A DNA stretch of 64,000 bases. Origin: Eledone cirrhosa. Taxonomy: Eukaryota. Position 1 is the first letter of the stretch; every line of letters begins with the position of its first letter. The notes beneath the pieces were generated by a model, which worked only from the letters and a program-made list of their open reading frames with translations, was not told the origin of the DNA and did no database searches. This document shows positions 40,216-54,888 of this stretch, one piece after another. The stretch is from positions 29,016,001 to 29,080,000 of the forward strand of contig OZ024755.1 in NCBI GenBank assembly GCA_964016885.1, in the 5' to 3' direction. Position numbers and translations under genes: made by a program.

Positions 40216-40794
40216 CTACATATGTATATATATATATATATATACATAACGAAGGAAGTGTGGTAAGGAACCAGAGGGACCATAAGGAACCAGATGGACC
40301 ATAACGCACCAGAGTACTCAATACGTAGGGTAGTAGAGTGGGTAATAGGAAAAAGTTTAACCCCGACGCCAGAGCTCAAGCCGTTTCGACGGCTATTTCT
40401 GGACTCCGAGTCCAGAAATACCCGTATTTATATTTATATTTATATTTATATTTGTGTATATCTATATATATATATATAGGAACAAGTAAGACCCCGTTTA
40501 CTGGCAGGTTTAGCTACCCCTTCCCCCACCAACTTGCCATCACAGATTTATAACTAACTTGTGATGTGACCAATCCTGGTGATTATCTCTTTGACCATAT
40601 ATGGAATTACCCCTTGATAAGTTCGGCTATTTAAATACCAGAATTAATGTTTCATTCAGTACAGAATTAGCCGTCGAAACGGCTTGAGCTCAGCCGTCGG
40701 GGTCTTACTTGTTACTATTACCCACTCTACTACCCAGAGTATTGAGTACTTTGTTGCGTTATGGTCCACCTGGTTCCTTACCACATTTCCTTCG

Positions 40795-40797
<3 letters not shown>
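39984..40797. mobile_element. Cluster of three family H elements (39984-40091, 40248-40421, 40478-40797) in (TA)n
   Basis: Family motifs GGACCATAACGCACC and GAAACGGCTTGAGCTCAGCCGTCGGGG on alternating strands. Confidence 0.85.
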
Positions 40798-40844
<47 letters not shown>

Positions 40845-40875
40845 AGTGTAATTTTCTACACAAAGCGAAGGTTAT

Positions 40876-41091
40876 AGAGAAAATTGAGGTTGGTAATGGC
40901 ACATGGAATATATAAGAGACAGAATACTTTTTTGTGAATATATAAGAGACAGAATACTTTTTTGTGAAAAAACATAATTTTATAAGGTAAGGAAATAATT
41001 ATTTCCTTACCTTATAAAATTATGTTTTTTCACAAAAAAGTATTCTGTCTCTTATATATTCCATGTGCCATTACCAACCTCAATTTTCTCT
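40876..41091. repeat. Spacer-less palindrome (~93-bp arms plus a ~30-bp duplication in the left arm) between (TA)n tracts
   Basis: Centre GGAAATAA|TTATTTCC at 40998/40999. Confidence 0.92.
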
Positions 41092-41210
41092 CTCTCTATA
41101 TATATATATATATACTCAAAAAGGTAGTAATAAGGGGAATTATATACAAGCAATATTCATCGCATAAGGGAATTCGTTTAGTGGTATAAATCATTATGTC
41201 TTAAAATTCC

Positions 41211-41405
41211 GGTGGATTGGGCGGTGGATTGGCAGTATCGGTAGAGGGTCGGACGCTATGCTTTGACGTATAGAGTTACGGCCCTTGCCATTCTGAGTTC
41301 AAATCCCGCCGAGGTTAACTTTGCCTTTCATCCTTACGGGGTCGATAAAATAAAGTACCAGTAATGCTCTGGGTAATTTCTGGCCTTGTGCCAAACGTAG
41401 AAACA
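41211..41405 (+). mobile_element. tRNA-derived SINE with 18-bp TSD and duplicated 5' decamer
   Basis: ATTATGTCTTAAAATTCC at 41193-41210 and 41406-41423. Extra GGTGGATTGG at the 5' end. Confidence 0.93.
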
Positions 41406-42053
41406 ATTATGTCTTAAAATTCCATGTAGAGTTCGTGTATTATGTAGAGTATCCGTCACACAGTGAAGCAAACGTGCCGGCGGAAATTGAATATTTTTTA
41501 TATATTTTCCGATATATTTGTAAATACAGACTAGTCGTGCTGCTAGTGCGATAGCAATAGTTGTTTATTTCCGTCAGCATAAGACCGATGTGTAGGCGGC
41601 CTCACGTAAAACATTGTAGCGTAAAATCCTTCAAAAAATAATTCATACTAGAAATATACCTGACGTCGACCGGGGACTAAAACACACCGTTGTTCGCCAT
41701 ATTTGAATGAGATTCGTGGTTAATTAATTGTATATTTATTATTTATAGCAATATTAATAGCATTTGGAGCGGAGATAAAAGTTGGTTTTTACTTCTAAAA
41801 CATGTAATTGCTAGTGTGTAAACTACTTCAAATATAAACAAAATTATTAAATACTTGATAATTGCAATATAAACAAAACTATTAAATACTTGATAATGTA
41901 CTCACTATACACACAGGGAGTAAAATACACTCACACATGCGTAGACACACACACACACATGTGTATATATATATATATATATAGTTAATAAATGAATCAA
42001 ACAAAACACAGGAGGCAAAATTACATGGTTATATTAGATTATATATATATATA

Positions 42054-42145
42054 TGTAGGTGAGTTTTATTGTAGTACAATAAAGCAATGCGAATATCGGA
42101 TAAGTAGCACTCTACAGTTTGTAGGGCTGGAGTATATTATATATA
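42054..42145 (-). mobile_element. 3' terminal fragment of the element at 54391-54678
   Basis: Reverse-complement match to 54594-54678. Confidence 0.8.
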
Positions 42146-42186
42146 TTATATTTTGCATGCACGCATGCATACATACATATATACAT

Positions 42187-42228
<42 letters not shown>

Positions 42229-42360
42229 AAATGTAAATACACTTAATGTAACAATAAAAATATTATTCATTCTTTTGAATTAAAGAAAAAAACTAATCAT
42301 TAAATATACCTCAATGATTTTTCACTTTTACTTTCTAACACTTTTACTTTGCCAATCTTA

Positions 42361-42475
<115 letters not shown>

Positions 42476-42502
42476 GCATATATATATATATATATATATA
42501 TA

Positions 42503-42606
<104 letters not shown>

Positions 42607-42716
42607 CATGCGTGCATGCAAGCAAACCCATGCACAAACAGACACAAGTATATATAAATAAAAAACATAATAGTTCCACTGACGCTGTCACAGGTGTGAT
42701 GAAAGAACTTTGATAG

Positions 42717-42995
<279 letters not shown>

Positions 42996-43160
42996 TTTTA
43001 ACAGTTGGTTAATCAATGATAAACATTGATTGCCAGCCAAATTAACTATAGAGATATAAAATATACGGAAGCGAATACCAACCAAAACTAAACAGTGAGT
43101 GTGTTTCTTTTTATTATTTCTGGTAATATCATAACAATATGAGTCCCCCCAAATATAAGC

Positions 43161-43256
<96 letters not shown>

Positions 43257-44480
43257 TTATATTTGGGGAGGCTGATGAATATATATACATACATATATAC
43301 ACGTACATATTCCTATATATATATATGTATACATATAAATATATATATTATATATATATACATATATATGTGTGTATATATATATTATATATATACACAT
43401 TGGTCTCACTTTAATTAAAATATATAAGTAGGTATGAAGCTGTAAATATATATCGAGAAGAAATATCCCAATTTGAAATTTAAAACTAATGATTTCAGAA
43501 TGTATTCAATAATTATTTTCTATTTCAGTGTTTGTAGGAGAAATGTTCACACCCAGATGATGACAAATTAATTTCTGTAGAAAGCCTCAATTTCTATTTG
43601 AGTCAAAGGCATTTTAAAACCATTTAAAATATAAGAAAGTTATTAATTAGAAAGGAAAATATCTGGATTTCCTTCAATAAAAATGTACTTTCAATAATTA
43701 GAATTTATTTCTGTCAGTTACAACCAACATAATGTGTCACGTTTCATCAGAATTCATATGAAATTGCTTTTTTCCAGTTAAATCCATTCAAAATTTTATT
43801 TCATATAATTCATAAAAGTAACATTAAAGTCTACATTAATCAAAATATTTTTGACAACTTTCCAGTATAAGCTTGAAGATAGAAAAAAAAATATAATATA
43901 AAGTTCTCGTACAAAATGTGAAAAAAATATTTCAGTAGCATCTTGTTCTTCACAAGACGAATAAAAAATATAACAGTATGAACATAGTTTGAGAGTATAA
44001 TGAAGATATAATCTAACTTTCATGATTGAACGTATTGCTCAGTCATGAAAATGAAGTGAAGGTATATTCAGTATCAAACTTTGGTGAAGAAGAACGAATG
44101 ACTTGATACTAAATATTCATTTTTATCTATGCGTCATAAAAATTACGGGATGCAAAAAATAATATTATATCGAGATTTGATTCGTTTATATGAAAACCTA
44201 ATAAGAAAATAAAAACCTGACCGTACAACAGCATTTTCAGGATGTATTCTTCCGCAATGTTTCTTTTCTTCAAAGAATTATGGGGTAAACTTCATGGTTA
44301 CTCTACAAAATCATTAGGTAATATTGTTGTTGATTCAACTATTCCCCAGAATGTCTCATTGATGTCAATATTAATAACATTCTTCAGAAGATTAGGGATT
44401 TACATACTAGAATAGGACTATCAGCATAGTTCACTTTAAATATATTACGTTTGATACACATGTTCACACACGTATATCAA

Positions 44481-44559
<79 letters not shown>

Positions 44560-44561
<2 letters not shown>

Positions 44562-44734
44562 CAAAGAAGGTGAGGTAATATAGCAGGTGGGCCATAACGC
44601 ACTAGAGTACTCGATACTTAGGGTTATAAGAAAAGAGTCAGGACCCCGACGGCTGATCTCCGGCCGTTTCGACAGCTAGATCTAGCTGTTGAAACGGCCG
44701 GAGCTCAGCCGTCAGGGTCCTGACTCTTTTCCTA
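44560..44734. mobile_element. Family H palindromic element (subfamily B)
   Basis: Spacer-less centre CAGCTAGATCTAGCTG. Confidence 0.87.
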
Positions 44735-45974
44735 TATATATATATATATAAATATACATATATCTGTGTGTATATGTGTGTGTGTGTGTGTGTTTCGTTG
44801 TTGCGTGGCGACTATTTGTACGTAATAAACATGTCTCATACATATCCAGCAAGTCTAAATTGTAGTCATTAACACATTTCAAATTCATTAGAAATGTTTT
44901 GATTTAGCTTCGCTGCTTCTTATACACATGACTCTTAAAAGAAAGGTTCGCACTGTACGGACCACAAATGGCAGAATCAATAAAGCGATGGTCAAACGTA
45001 TATAGTATCTTATACCATGATGTAGTCGACGTGATATTTCAACCTTCTAGGTTGAATATAATATGTACCAATCAAGTAATGTCATCATTATAACTGTACT
45101 ACAAATACTTAGCCGTTTGTATTCGCAATATTTGTACATCTTTTACATCAACATGTGGGATTCATCGATTGGTTTCACTGTATCGATTTTCTACTTGACA
45201 TCTCTAGAAATAACATTTATGAGCATCGATGTTGGAAATTTATCTATCGTATATTCTACGATGAAATGTCACCGGTTCATCGCAATTGCAAAGTAAATAC
45301 ATACTGATCTACTTACGCATGCGCCAAATGGTAATTGATTGCCATAACCAACGGTCGTTGCAGCAGTTTTAAACTAATAACGAGAGGATGTTTCGAAAGT
45401 ATAAATTACATTCATGTAATTTGAATCTAAATATTTATGCACGTTTGAGTGAGTGATTCCGTCTCAGTTCAGTAAAGCGTAAAGCATAGAAATTAGTGAA
45501 AATATAGGTTAGTTTTAACGATGACACTTTCCGTCAAACATCTACTAAAACAGGATTTCAAAAGTAATGTAATAGTTTCAATAATCAGCTTAAATCAGCA
45601 TCTTACCGACAAAGTTTAGAAATATGGCCTCAGCATGGTGAGGTCTTACGCCGGCAATTTTTTATGGAGAACGCAATAGGAAACTGCACATAATAGGTGT
45701 AGAGCCTTAAAAATACTGGATTACATCTCGCCGCCTACATGGCATAAATAAGTTACTGGTTTAGTTAAACCTGAATGGAAAATATAAAAATAACAATACA
45801 CATGAAAAAAATATAATGGAGAAAGATTACTTCGGGAAATCCTTGTTGTTGGTAAAATATGATAAAAATGTGTGTAAAAGTTGGCGTTTGTTATACATCG
45901 TATAATAAACGCCAATATAACAGGCATAATATCATCTACATATCTGACTAATCATGTTATTATTAGTGATGTTT

Positions 45975-46840
45975 AGGCTTGCACCCTTCCTATTTGCAAT
46001 TGTCCTCGATTATGCAATGAGACAGGCCATTCATGGGAAGGAAGAAGAGTTGGGTTTCAAATTGGATCGAAGGAGAAGTTGTCATCACCATCCAAAGGTT
46101 GTGACTGATACAGACTTCGCCGATGACATTGCCTTGATCCCAAAGGAAATCAGCCAAGCTCAAGCACCGCTCACACGTGTCGAGGTTGAATCAGGCAAAA
46201 CAGGATTGCATCTCAATGCAAAGACGACTGAAATCATACACTACAATCAGGTTGATCCAGCTCCAGTTCTTTCTAAGGACGGTACAACAATCAAAACAGT
46301 TGAGAACTTTAAGTATCTTAGTGCATGGATGCACAGCTCACGCAAGGACTTTGAAATTAGAAAGGCATTAGCATGGTCGGCATGCCACACGCTACTGAAG
46401 GTGTGAAAGTCCGACCTAAACCGCAAAATCAAGGAGCAACGCTTCCTTGCAACTGTTGAGTCGCTTCTTCTTTACGGCAGTGAAACGTGGACTATTGACA
46501 AAGTACTATGCAAGAGACTTGACGGATGTTACAGGAGGATATTGAGAATGGCTCTCAACATGTCTTAAAAACAGAAGCTGACAAATAAAGAACTATACAG
46601 ATCACTACCAGCAGTCTCAGAAAAGTTTGCCTGCCGACGAAGGAAACTAGCTGGGCACTGCATCCGTCATCCAGAAGAGACAGCATCTCAACTTGTGCTC
46701 TGGAAACCGACGCTTGGACGAAGAAGCGTGGGAAGACAGGCCGTCTCATGCATTGATACCCTGCTGAGAGGTGCCAACATCAATAACATCGATGAACTGA
46801 GATTGGAGAGTGTGAATCTTTGCGAGTGTAAACTCGGTGG
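45975..46840 (+). mobile_element. RTE/RTEX-type LINE 3' fragment with partial RT and (GATA)n tail
   Basis: LAPFLF..LDY, DFADDIAL, GLHLNAKTT, FKYL, LLYGSETW and LAGHC motifs with stops. (GATA)n at 46841-46914. Confidence 0.9.
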
Positions 46841-46916
<76 letters not shown>

Positions 46917-48095
46917 GTTGAGACGAAGCATTTCCAGTTATTTCTTTGTTACTTTACTGTGATGAAAATATGCTGCATTCTCCTTTTATTTTGTTATAAC
47001 AATCGCATAATTATTTCCAATACCGCTTTCTTATATTTACCATCTAATGTAAAGAAATATTCCTATATATTTCTTGATATGTATATCGTTGGTTAAGATA
47101 ATGTTATCTAAAGACAATATTTCAATATTTATGTACAGAACCTAAGGGATATAATAAATGCTTGCCATGCAATCTTTTACATTTTTATTATAATATTTCA
47201 TCTGTTGCATTTGAGTGTTATGAAGAACGAAAAATATAATAATTTTCATAATAAAAACTTGCCACAGATTAAACTATATTCTTAACTACTTCACAAAGCA
47301 ATAAAACGCAAAGACATAAAATATAGGTGTTTTTTTCATTTTTGTTTTTTTGCTATTGATTATTTATGAATATTTTCCCCGTTTTTTTTTTTTTTTCCTT
47401 TAATACTTGTGTTATTAAGTATGTTAATCCCACTCGTTGTCATATTGCTAACTACATCTTCGGTGTATCGATTTCCATTATTTATTAGAAATATGATGCA
47501 CAAATTGAGATAGTGTGAATCCCAAAGAATGTAAAGAAGGAATTGGTGATCAAACTTAATAAATTCTTCCAAAATATAATTTATCGGAACTCATACAGAT
47601 GTCTTGAGCAAAATCAACTGCAGTCGAAAGAATGTAAGAAAGGAAATCAAAATCTATATCTGCTTATGTACATCTCAAGAAAGATTAATCGATAAATAGA
47701 GTAAGTCTGCATTTAGATAACTGTCATCTAGATTTTCAGCATCCATGAACGTTTTGATTAAGATAAATGGTGTTGTCTATTATGTGTGCAATACAATGTT
47801 TGACTTCAACCAATTGAGATTTCTAAGCAATTGAGATTTCTAAACAAATACTGGATGAAAAATCAAAATATTTGAAATCTAAAAGCAAAGACTTTTAACC
47901 TACAATGCTTATATCGTTTAAAATATTCTTTAAGCTGATTCATATACACGTCCCGTTCACATATTACACGCATTTAAAAGATTTATTTTATTAAGTGCGT
48001 GAATATTACATACTTTATGTCATATTACATACATTTAGTCCTGTATATTGTATTAACATACAGGCGTCTTCGCTTGATTATATAAGAAACAATAG

Positions 48096-48414
48096 AGGTT
48101 CGGACGCCATGCTTTGCTTTTCATCGTAATAAAGTACCAGTAATGCACTGCGTAATTGCTGGCCTTGTGCCTAAAGTAGAAACAATTATTATTATTATTA
48201 TTATTGTTGCTTTAAATAATTTCATGTTTATACAGTTTTTATCATAAATATTGCATTTAATTAAATATATTAATGAACTCAGATCATACGTCCCTTTATG
48301 ATCTGAGTTCAAATCCCGCCGTGGTTAACTTTGCCTTTCATCCTTACGGGGTCGATAAAATAAAGTACCAGTAATGTACTGATAATTGTTGGCCTTGTGC
48401 TTAATATAGAAACA
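48096..48414 (+). mobile_element. Two partial SINEs (48096-48186; 48285-48414 with TSD AATTAAATATATTAATG)
   Basis: Core motifs and a flanking direct repeat. Confidence 0.8.
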
Positions 48415-48656
48415 ATTAAATATATTAATGTTTCTCAATTCGTAATATCATTTATACAACTGTGACTAAAAGTAAAAGTGTATTAAATATATTTATAATA
48501 TGAAATGAAAAGTGAACAATGTTTTAAATAATGCAAACCGACCAAAGCTGCGGGCATGTTTGCATCTTGTTAGATTACCCTAGCAAACTTATAAACTGAG
48601 AGGTTTGCAGTCGATTTATATATATGATGTGACAGGCCAATTATTAATCAGATTAA

Positions 48657-48817
48657 CCGTATTTCCCGGCGTTGAAGTCGCTACTTTTTTCCTAAAATAA
48701 GTCTCAAATATATACCATGCATCCTGAAGGCCTAATGTTTTGTTTTTTTCCAAATTTGTGGTTGTCAAATCTAAGATGCGTCTTCGAGAACGTGGTGTCT
48801 TCGGTGCTGGCAAATAC

Positions 48818-48819
<2 letters not shown>
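48657..48819. mobile_element. pogo/Tc2-type MITE
   Basis: CCGTATTTCCCGGCG...TGCTGGCAAATACGG-TA. Confidence 0.8.
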
Positions 48820-48891
<72 letters not shown>

Positions 48892-48977
48892 GGACAAATT
48901 TGAACAGGGACAAAACAGAGAGGCAGTACAACGAATGTCTATTAATTTCACGCTCTGGAGAGTGTATATATATATAT

Positions 48978-49178
48978 AACGAAGGAAATGTGGTAAGGAA
49001 CCACGTGGACCATAACGCACCAAAGTACTCAATATTTAGGGTAGCAGAGTGGGTAATAGGAACGAGTAGGACCCCGACGGCTGAGCTCAAGCCGTTTCGA
49101 CGGCTAATTCTGGACTAAATTTAGTCCAGAATTAGCTGTCGAAACGGCTTGAGTTCAGCCGTCGGGGTCCTACTCATT

Positions 49179-49182
<4 letters not shown>
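48978..49182. mobile_element. Family H palindromic element (subfamily A)
   Basis: Spacer-less centre CTGGACTAAATTTAGTCCAG, (TA)n on both sides. Confidence 0.88.
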
Positions 49183-49246
<64 letters not shown>

Positions 49247-49682
49247 TATGTATATATATATATATATATATATAAATGATGGGTAGAGGTAGGAATACCT
49301 GATGAAAGTGTTAAGCATGGTGTATTTTGTATACTTCATAGTCTCAGATATAGAACACGATACCTAAAGGAAACAGAATCTAGATTATAGTTGCAATATT
49401 TCAGACATTAACGATGGTACGTAGAAGAAAATATTCTAGATTATTGTTGCAATCTGCAGATAAACGTTTTTACCCGGTCAATTTCGTTATAACGGAATTT
49501 CTGCCAACGTTTTCTGCCAAGGAGTTAGATCTTACGATATCAAAATATTTCTGTTTCTTTCGACTCTGACCATTTAGTCAATATCCATTCACAAATGCCT
49601 TATCTCAAATATTAAAAAAGTGTTTAAGTGTAATTATATTGTAGTATATATATATATTATATATATACTACAATATAATAGT

Positions 49683-49792
49683 TTGAGTTCAAATCCCGCC
49701 GAGGTTGACTTTGCCTTTCATCCTTATGGGGTCGATAAAATAAAGTACCACTAATGCACTGGGTAATTGCTGGCCTTGTGCCTAAAGTAGAA
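49683..49792 (+). mobile_element. 5'-truncated SINE
   Basis: Begins at the B-box. Confidence 0.85.
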
Positions 49793-49796
49793 ATAA

Positions 49797-49842
<46 letters not shown>

Positions 49843-49884
49843 TTCGCTTGCTGCTTCAATATTTGAACACCTCTCAGCCTGATA

Positions 49885-50057
49885 CAGGTAAAATTCCGTT
49901 ATAACGAATACCATTATAACGAATTTTTCAGTTTAACGAAATATTTTTCAATCCTCGGCCACAGACTCGATGTTTTAAGTCGATCTCTTTATAAAGAATT
50001 TCTCGTTAAAACGAATTTGTTATACCCCGTGAATTTCGTTATAACGGAATTTCACCG
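49885..50057. mobile_element. Tigger/pogo-like MITE
   Basis: TA-CAGGTAAAATTCCGTTATAACGAA...TTCGTTATAACGGAATTTCACCG-TA with internal TAACGAA repeats. Confidence 0.82.
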
Positions 50058-51554
50058 TACATACATAATCCCCTTCCTCGGTTTTTCGTGACATGGTATC
50101 GAACATTTGTATTAACCACAGTGACTCGACATATTTTGGTTATATGTTTTCATTTAAATAAAAAAGACCCAATGTAATTCACTTCTACTCCATCTTGGAT
50201 ATGGATCCATAGATATATTCTAAAGCTTCAACTTTTCAAGAAATTGGAAATATGCCTTACTTTCTTGTTTGCTTGGTTTTATCCCTCTATTCTGGCTCTC
50301 ATAATATTTTGAATCTCTCTCCCAGAATCTATAACTTTCTACATGCATACTATATCATACATCACCTATTATATATATGTTGCCATCTAAAAAACATATA
50401 TATTGATAAAATACTCATACAATTGCACTTAAGATTTTAATGAAAAAATATGCTTATGAAATATATTTATGAATCGATAAAGTTCACTTTTCGTTTTTAT
50501 AGAATGATATAAAAGAAAAGAAAATGTCTTCAAAATAAGACTTGTGTCTGTGAAGCCGCATTTAAATAATCGAATAAGCCAAATATCTGAACGATTATTC
50601 CCTGGAAAAATTACATGTTCTCTTTCTGACGTAAGTACAACTAACAGTATTTCCTAACACGATATTAAACAAACAACTGCATGGAAACACCTGAAGCATT
50701 GGCAACTAATTGATTTTGTCAACACAATAATACGTTATATAATATGTCTGCTGTTTACTCGATCGTCATGATCCACTAATGCATTGTTGAACGGGCCATT
50801 GAATATTTCTACTGACATTACGAACTAAGGTGCTACAAAACAGTGGGTGGTAACATCAGATATTCAAAATAACAATTTACGCATCAGACATCAAAATATT
50901 TGTGAAAATGTTTTTTTTTTTTTTTTCCAATCAACTGGTTTATGTGATTCCGAATGAAGAAAAGCAGAGAAGGTTTAAATATTTAATAACTGTGACTGTA
51001 AACAAATCATTTCCTTGCACTAGTCAGAGTGGTTTGATGACAACGAATATACTAGAAATCCATTGTTGCATATAAAGAAAAACCTTTTTAACCTGAAATC
51101 ATGTACCAAATACATGTACGTTTTATAATTAAAGAACCAATGATAAGTATTAAAATCCCCCAAATTTAAAGAGCTTCGCAAACAGCAAGCACTGAGAGAG
51201 GAGATTTTCATTATTTTATTTGAAATGTGTTTGATTCCACATAAATTGAGTCTAATGGCGCCAGTTAAATCTGGGAATTAAAGCCACATTCTAATCAAAA
51301 GCAATGTTATATTGGCAGGCGTACGACATGTCTGTACAGGTTCCTCTGTCATCAAAACACCAGAGATACATCTGCTGAGATTCAAACTAGTAGAAGAAGA
51401 GCTAAACCTTCTTAGGTATCAGCTGTTCTTTTCCTTTTTTCTTTTCCCCCATAATAGCAAGAACCTATCATGCTGATGTTAAACATGTGAAAGGAGGTAT
51501 TACATGAATCTAAATGATATGGACGACTTTTCATGGTCATCTCATCTAATTGTA

Positions 51555-51738
51555 ATTGTTTCTACTTTTGGCACAAGGCCAGCAATTACCCCCAGTGCAT
51601 TACTGGTCCTTTATTTTATTGACCCCTTAAGGATGAAAGGCATAATTTAACTCGGCGGGATTTTAACTAATACCGTAAAGGGGCGTAACTCTACGCTACA
51701 AATAATGGCGTCCGACCGATACTGCAAATCCACCGCCT
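51555..51738 (-). mobile_element. tRNA-derived SINE
   Basis: Full but diverged copy. Confidence 0.88.
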
Positions 51739-53668
51739 AATACCAAACAAATATCATTCAATCTTGTGTTAACACCAATCATAAGATTTACCCGAACCAA
51801 CACAAACAACATTTAGGACAAAAGTCCAAATATCTAACTTGTAACCTACTTTTACAGCAGAATGCATAATAACTTACGCTAGGTTTTAATCCTGTATTTT
51901 CCATTTTCCTCCTGTCCCTTTCTGAGTCCTATCTTCAATGGTTACAACAGCTTGTAATATGAAAATTCAGCTTCCTGCATTGTTTATTAGTACCATATTG
52001 TCCCTCACATTAATAAATGGACTTCCCCACTTCTTCAGTTCGCACCTTTGCAAACATATACTTTTCATTCTTTGAAAATGTTCTACCATTCTTTCAATGT
52101 CAACCTAAAGAATCTATCGTTTATTCCAGCCTATATTTACATTTATTAGCTCCTTGTCTTGATACAGACACATTAAATATTTGCATTTATTAGCTCCATA
52201 TCTTGAAACAGGCATATTACGTAATACACATTTTTACATATATTGGTATTCAGTTGTATTTTTAAATGAAAACAATGGAGTTCACACTCTATTTTTGGCG
52301 AATATGTTGCTCCAAGTATATTGTAATATTTTCGTATTTTAACGTAACAGTTTTGTAATTAAAACAACCATTTTTGGGCGTCTGGATAACATTTCATATA
52401 CACATTTACAATTCTCTCTTTACGTCTCTTAATTCTCTATCTCTGACTCCATTTTCTCTACCTTTCTACCCATGCAAGTGTAACTTTCTATACTATATTT
52501 TAATGGATTATCCAGAAAGGGAAAGGGGAGCAAGCATGACCTTATGGCAGGGCATCGGAAATTGGTAGGTGAAAAAAAATGAATAAACCAGAATTACCAT
52601 ATCTGAAAAACAGCAAATTCTCTGTTCAGGCAAGTACGGTATGATTTGATGTATATTTCACTGCTAATTATGTTTGCTCTGGTGACTCTGTAGAAGGTTG
52701 TTCAAGATGATTGTTTAGAAGATATACAGTACAATTAATGTAGGAGACGTGAATATGTTATCCGAAAAATAAATCAATGTGAGAGAATATTGCTGGCAAA
52801 TTTACATATAAGTTGTAAGGGCATAAATATTATAATCTCACACTAATTCTACGATAACATTTTATATTTAAAATATTATTTAATGAACACACAGAGACAC
52901 GGACATGTGTGTTTGTGTGTTAATGTGCGTGTGTGTGTATGTATGTGTGTATTTTTGCATTTATATTCTAATGGGATATTTAACATAGTTGCAGCTATTG
53001 AAGCACTGCATGTAATTATTTAGTCTCATATATCTTTTGATATCAAAGACCGTCCACCAATGGTGTTTCTTTGACTTATATTTGTGTTATATTTTACAGT
53101 AGGTATATATTCGATATATTTATATGTTCCCCATCCTAAAATTCCTGCTGTTTCAAAATTCATATAATAGTAATTTGTAATTGCATTACTGATGAAACAA
53201 AGTTTAAACCAGCTTAAACAATATGAAATTAATGTTTTAATGATTTTAACTGATAACACCTACCACAATATTTCATAAATATTTCAATACAAATAGATTA
53301 AATTGATCCTTATTTATGACGATACCAGATATTTTATAGATTGTCTCAGAATACTTAGTTGAAGTTCACAAATCCTAAATGTTTTTGTTTTTTTTTAGAA
53401 AGTTGACATCATGAAATATTCACATTTGCCTCGAGACAAATTGAGTGGTTATGCTGCCTAACTACATTAATCAACTTACACTTCTGTGTGTGTGATACCA
53501 TGATGAAATTCCTTGCCTGGAAACTTTTTTGAAGCAGGATCACATTGTTCAAGTATGGAATGGAGAAACCTCCTCAGAAGAGAAGATTTAATCGATAAAT
53601 TTCCAAGAAAAGTGACAATTGGTATGAGATTCAACGTAATGGAAGGAATATAATTATATAGTTGAAAA

Positions 53669-53790
53669 TAATTGTTTCTACGTTTGGCACAAGGCCAGCA
53701 ATTACCCCAGTGCATTACCCCGTAAGGATGAAAGGCAAAGTTAACCTCGGCGGGATTTGAACTCAGAATGGCAAGGCCCGTACCTCTTGC
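53669..53790 (-). mobile_element. Partial SINE
   Basis: Core motif with a deletion. Confidence 0.82.
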
Positions 53791-53959
53791 CATATATTAT
53801 TAAAAGTAATACCTTATAAACAATAACAATTAACTAATTAAACATAATCCCTAATTACAGGTAATACTTGATATCTAATATCTAATAAATAGCATTTCAC
53901 AATTGCGAATCCACAAAGAGGACTCAAAAACGCATATTTTCATATTATTGATTTGATCA

Positions 53960-54270
53960 GGGTTCAATGTCAAATGTGTCCATTCCCATTCTTCCTGTGC
54001 TAAGTGACCAGAGGCTAAACGCAAGCAAAGTTTCTGTGCCCTTTCTAGTACATCAATATTCTTCTTGTATGTACTCCAGCAGGAAGCGCCGATGATCTGG
54101 AACTGGCCCTACCATTTTGACTATGTTGTTCTCACGTTTTGGGGTGGTAAGCCCAGTAAAAGAAGTGTTGATGAAGTTAACTCTTTGGTTGGTTTTCTTT
54201 ACAAAGTTAGCCATTTGTTTCGGCAAGCTGATGATCCAAATAAAGTGAAACAACTATTCTCGGTATAGTG
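53960..54270 (-). mobile_element. Ancient CR1/L2-like LINE fragment
   Basis: VKKTNQRVNFI...MVGPV...ASCWSTYKKNIDVLEK across frameshifts. Confidence 0.55.
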
Positions 54271-54390
54271 AACTAACTGTTGTGGAACTACTTCTACAAA
54301 ACTCGTCCCATGGATTGAGTGCTTTAATACTACATATATAACCCTCCAGTGTACTACTATTATATATATGTATATATATATATATATATA

Positions 54391-54674
54391 TAATATAAGA
54401 TCAAAAGATGGTTAAAGGAGTTCCATATATTTTATTATGCGCATTTCAAAAACAAACATCATCATGCAATAATATTTGTGTTTTCATCTTTGTGTTTTCA
54501 TATTTGTATTATTGCATGATGATGTTTGTTTTTGAAATGCGCATAATAAAATATATGGAACTCCTTTAACCATCTTTTGATCTTATATTATGCATACTCC
54601 AGTCCCACAAACTGTAGAGTGCTTCTTATCCGATATCTGCATTGCTTTATTGTACTACAATAAAACTCACCTCC

Positions 54675-54678
<4 letters not shown>
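54391..54678. mobile_element. Palindromic PLE-like insertion (84-bp arms) carrying a hammerhead 3' half
   Basis: Arms at 54391-54474 and 54507-54590. GAAA TGCGCA TA ATAAAATA matches the 3' half of the hammerheads at 24.7 and 60.15 kb. Confidence 0.8.
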
Positions 54679-54734
<56 letters not shown>

Positions 54735-54833
54735 GTCAGAGATGGTGTGTAAGATACCAGGTGGACCATAACCCACTAGTTCGGATCTAGCTGTCGAAAC
54801 GACCGGAGCTAAGCCGTCGGGGTCCTGAATCTG

Positions 54834-54838
<5 letters not shown>
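54735..54838. mobile_element. Family H element (deleted, head-to-head)
   Basis: GGTGGACCATAAC followed by GCTGTCGAAACGACCGGAGCTAAGCCGTCGGGG. Confidence 0.8.

Positions 54839-54888
<50 letters not shown>

Noticed and set aside
54225-54262. CTGATGA...GAAA motif as a hammerhead (also 43272, 43744 and 53190)
   Set aside because: No pairable stem II or stem I, or no GAAA at a suitable distance, so these are chance matches.
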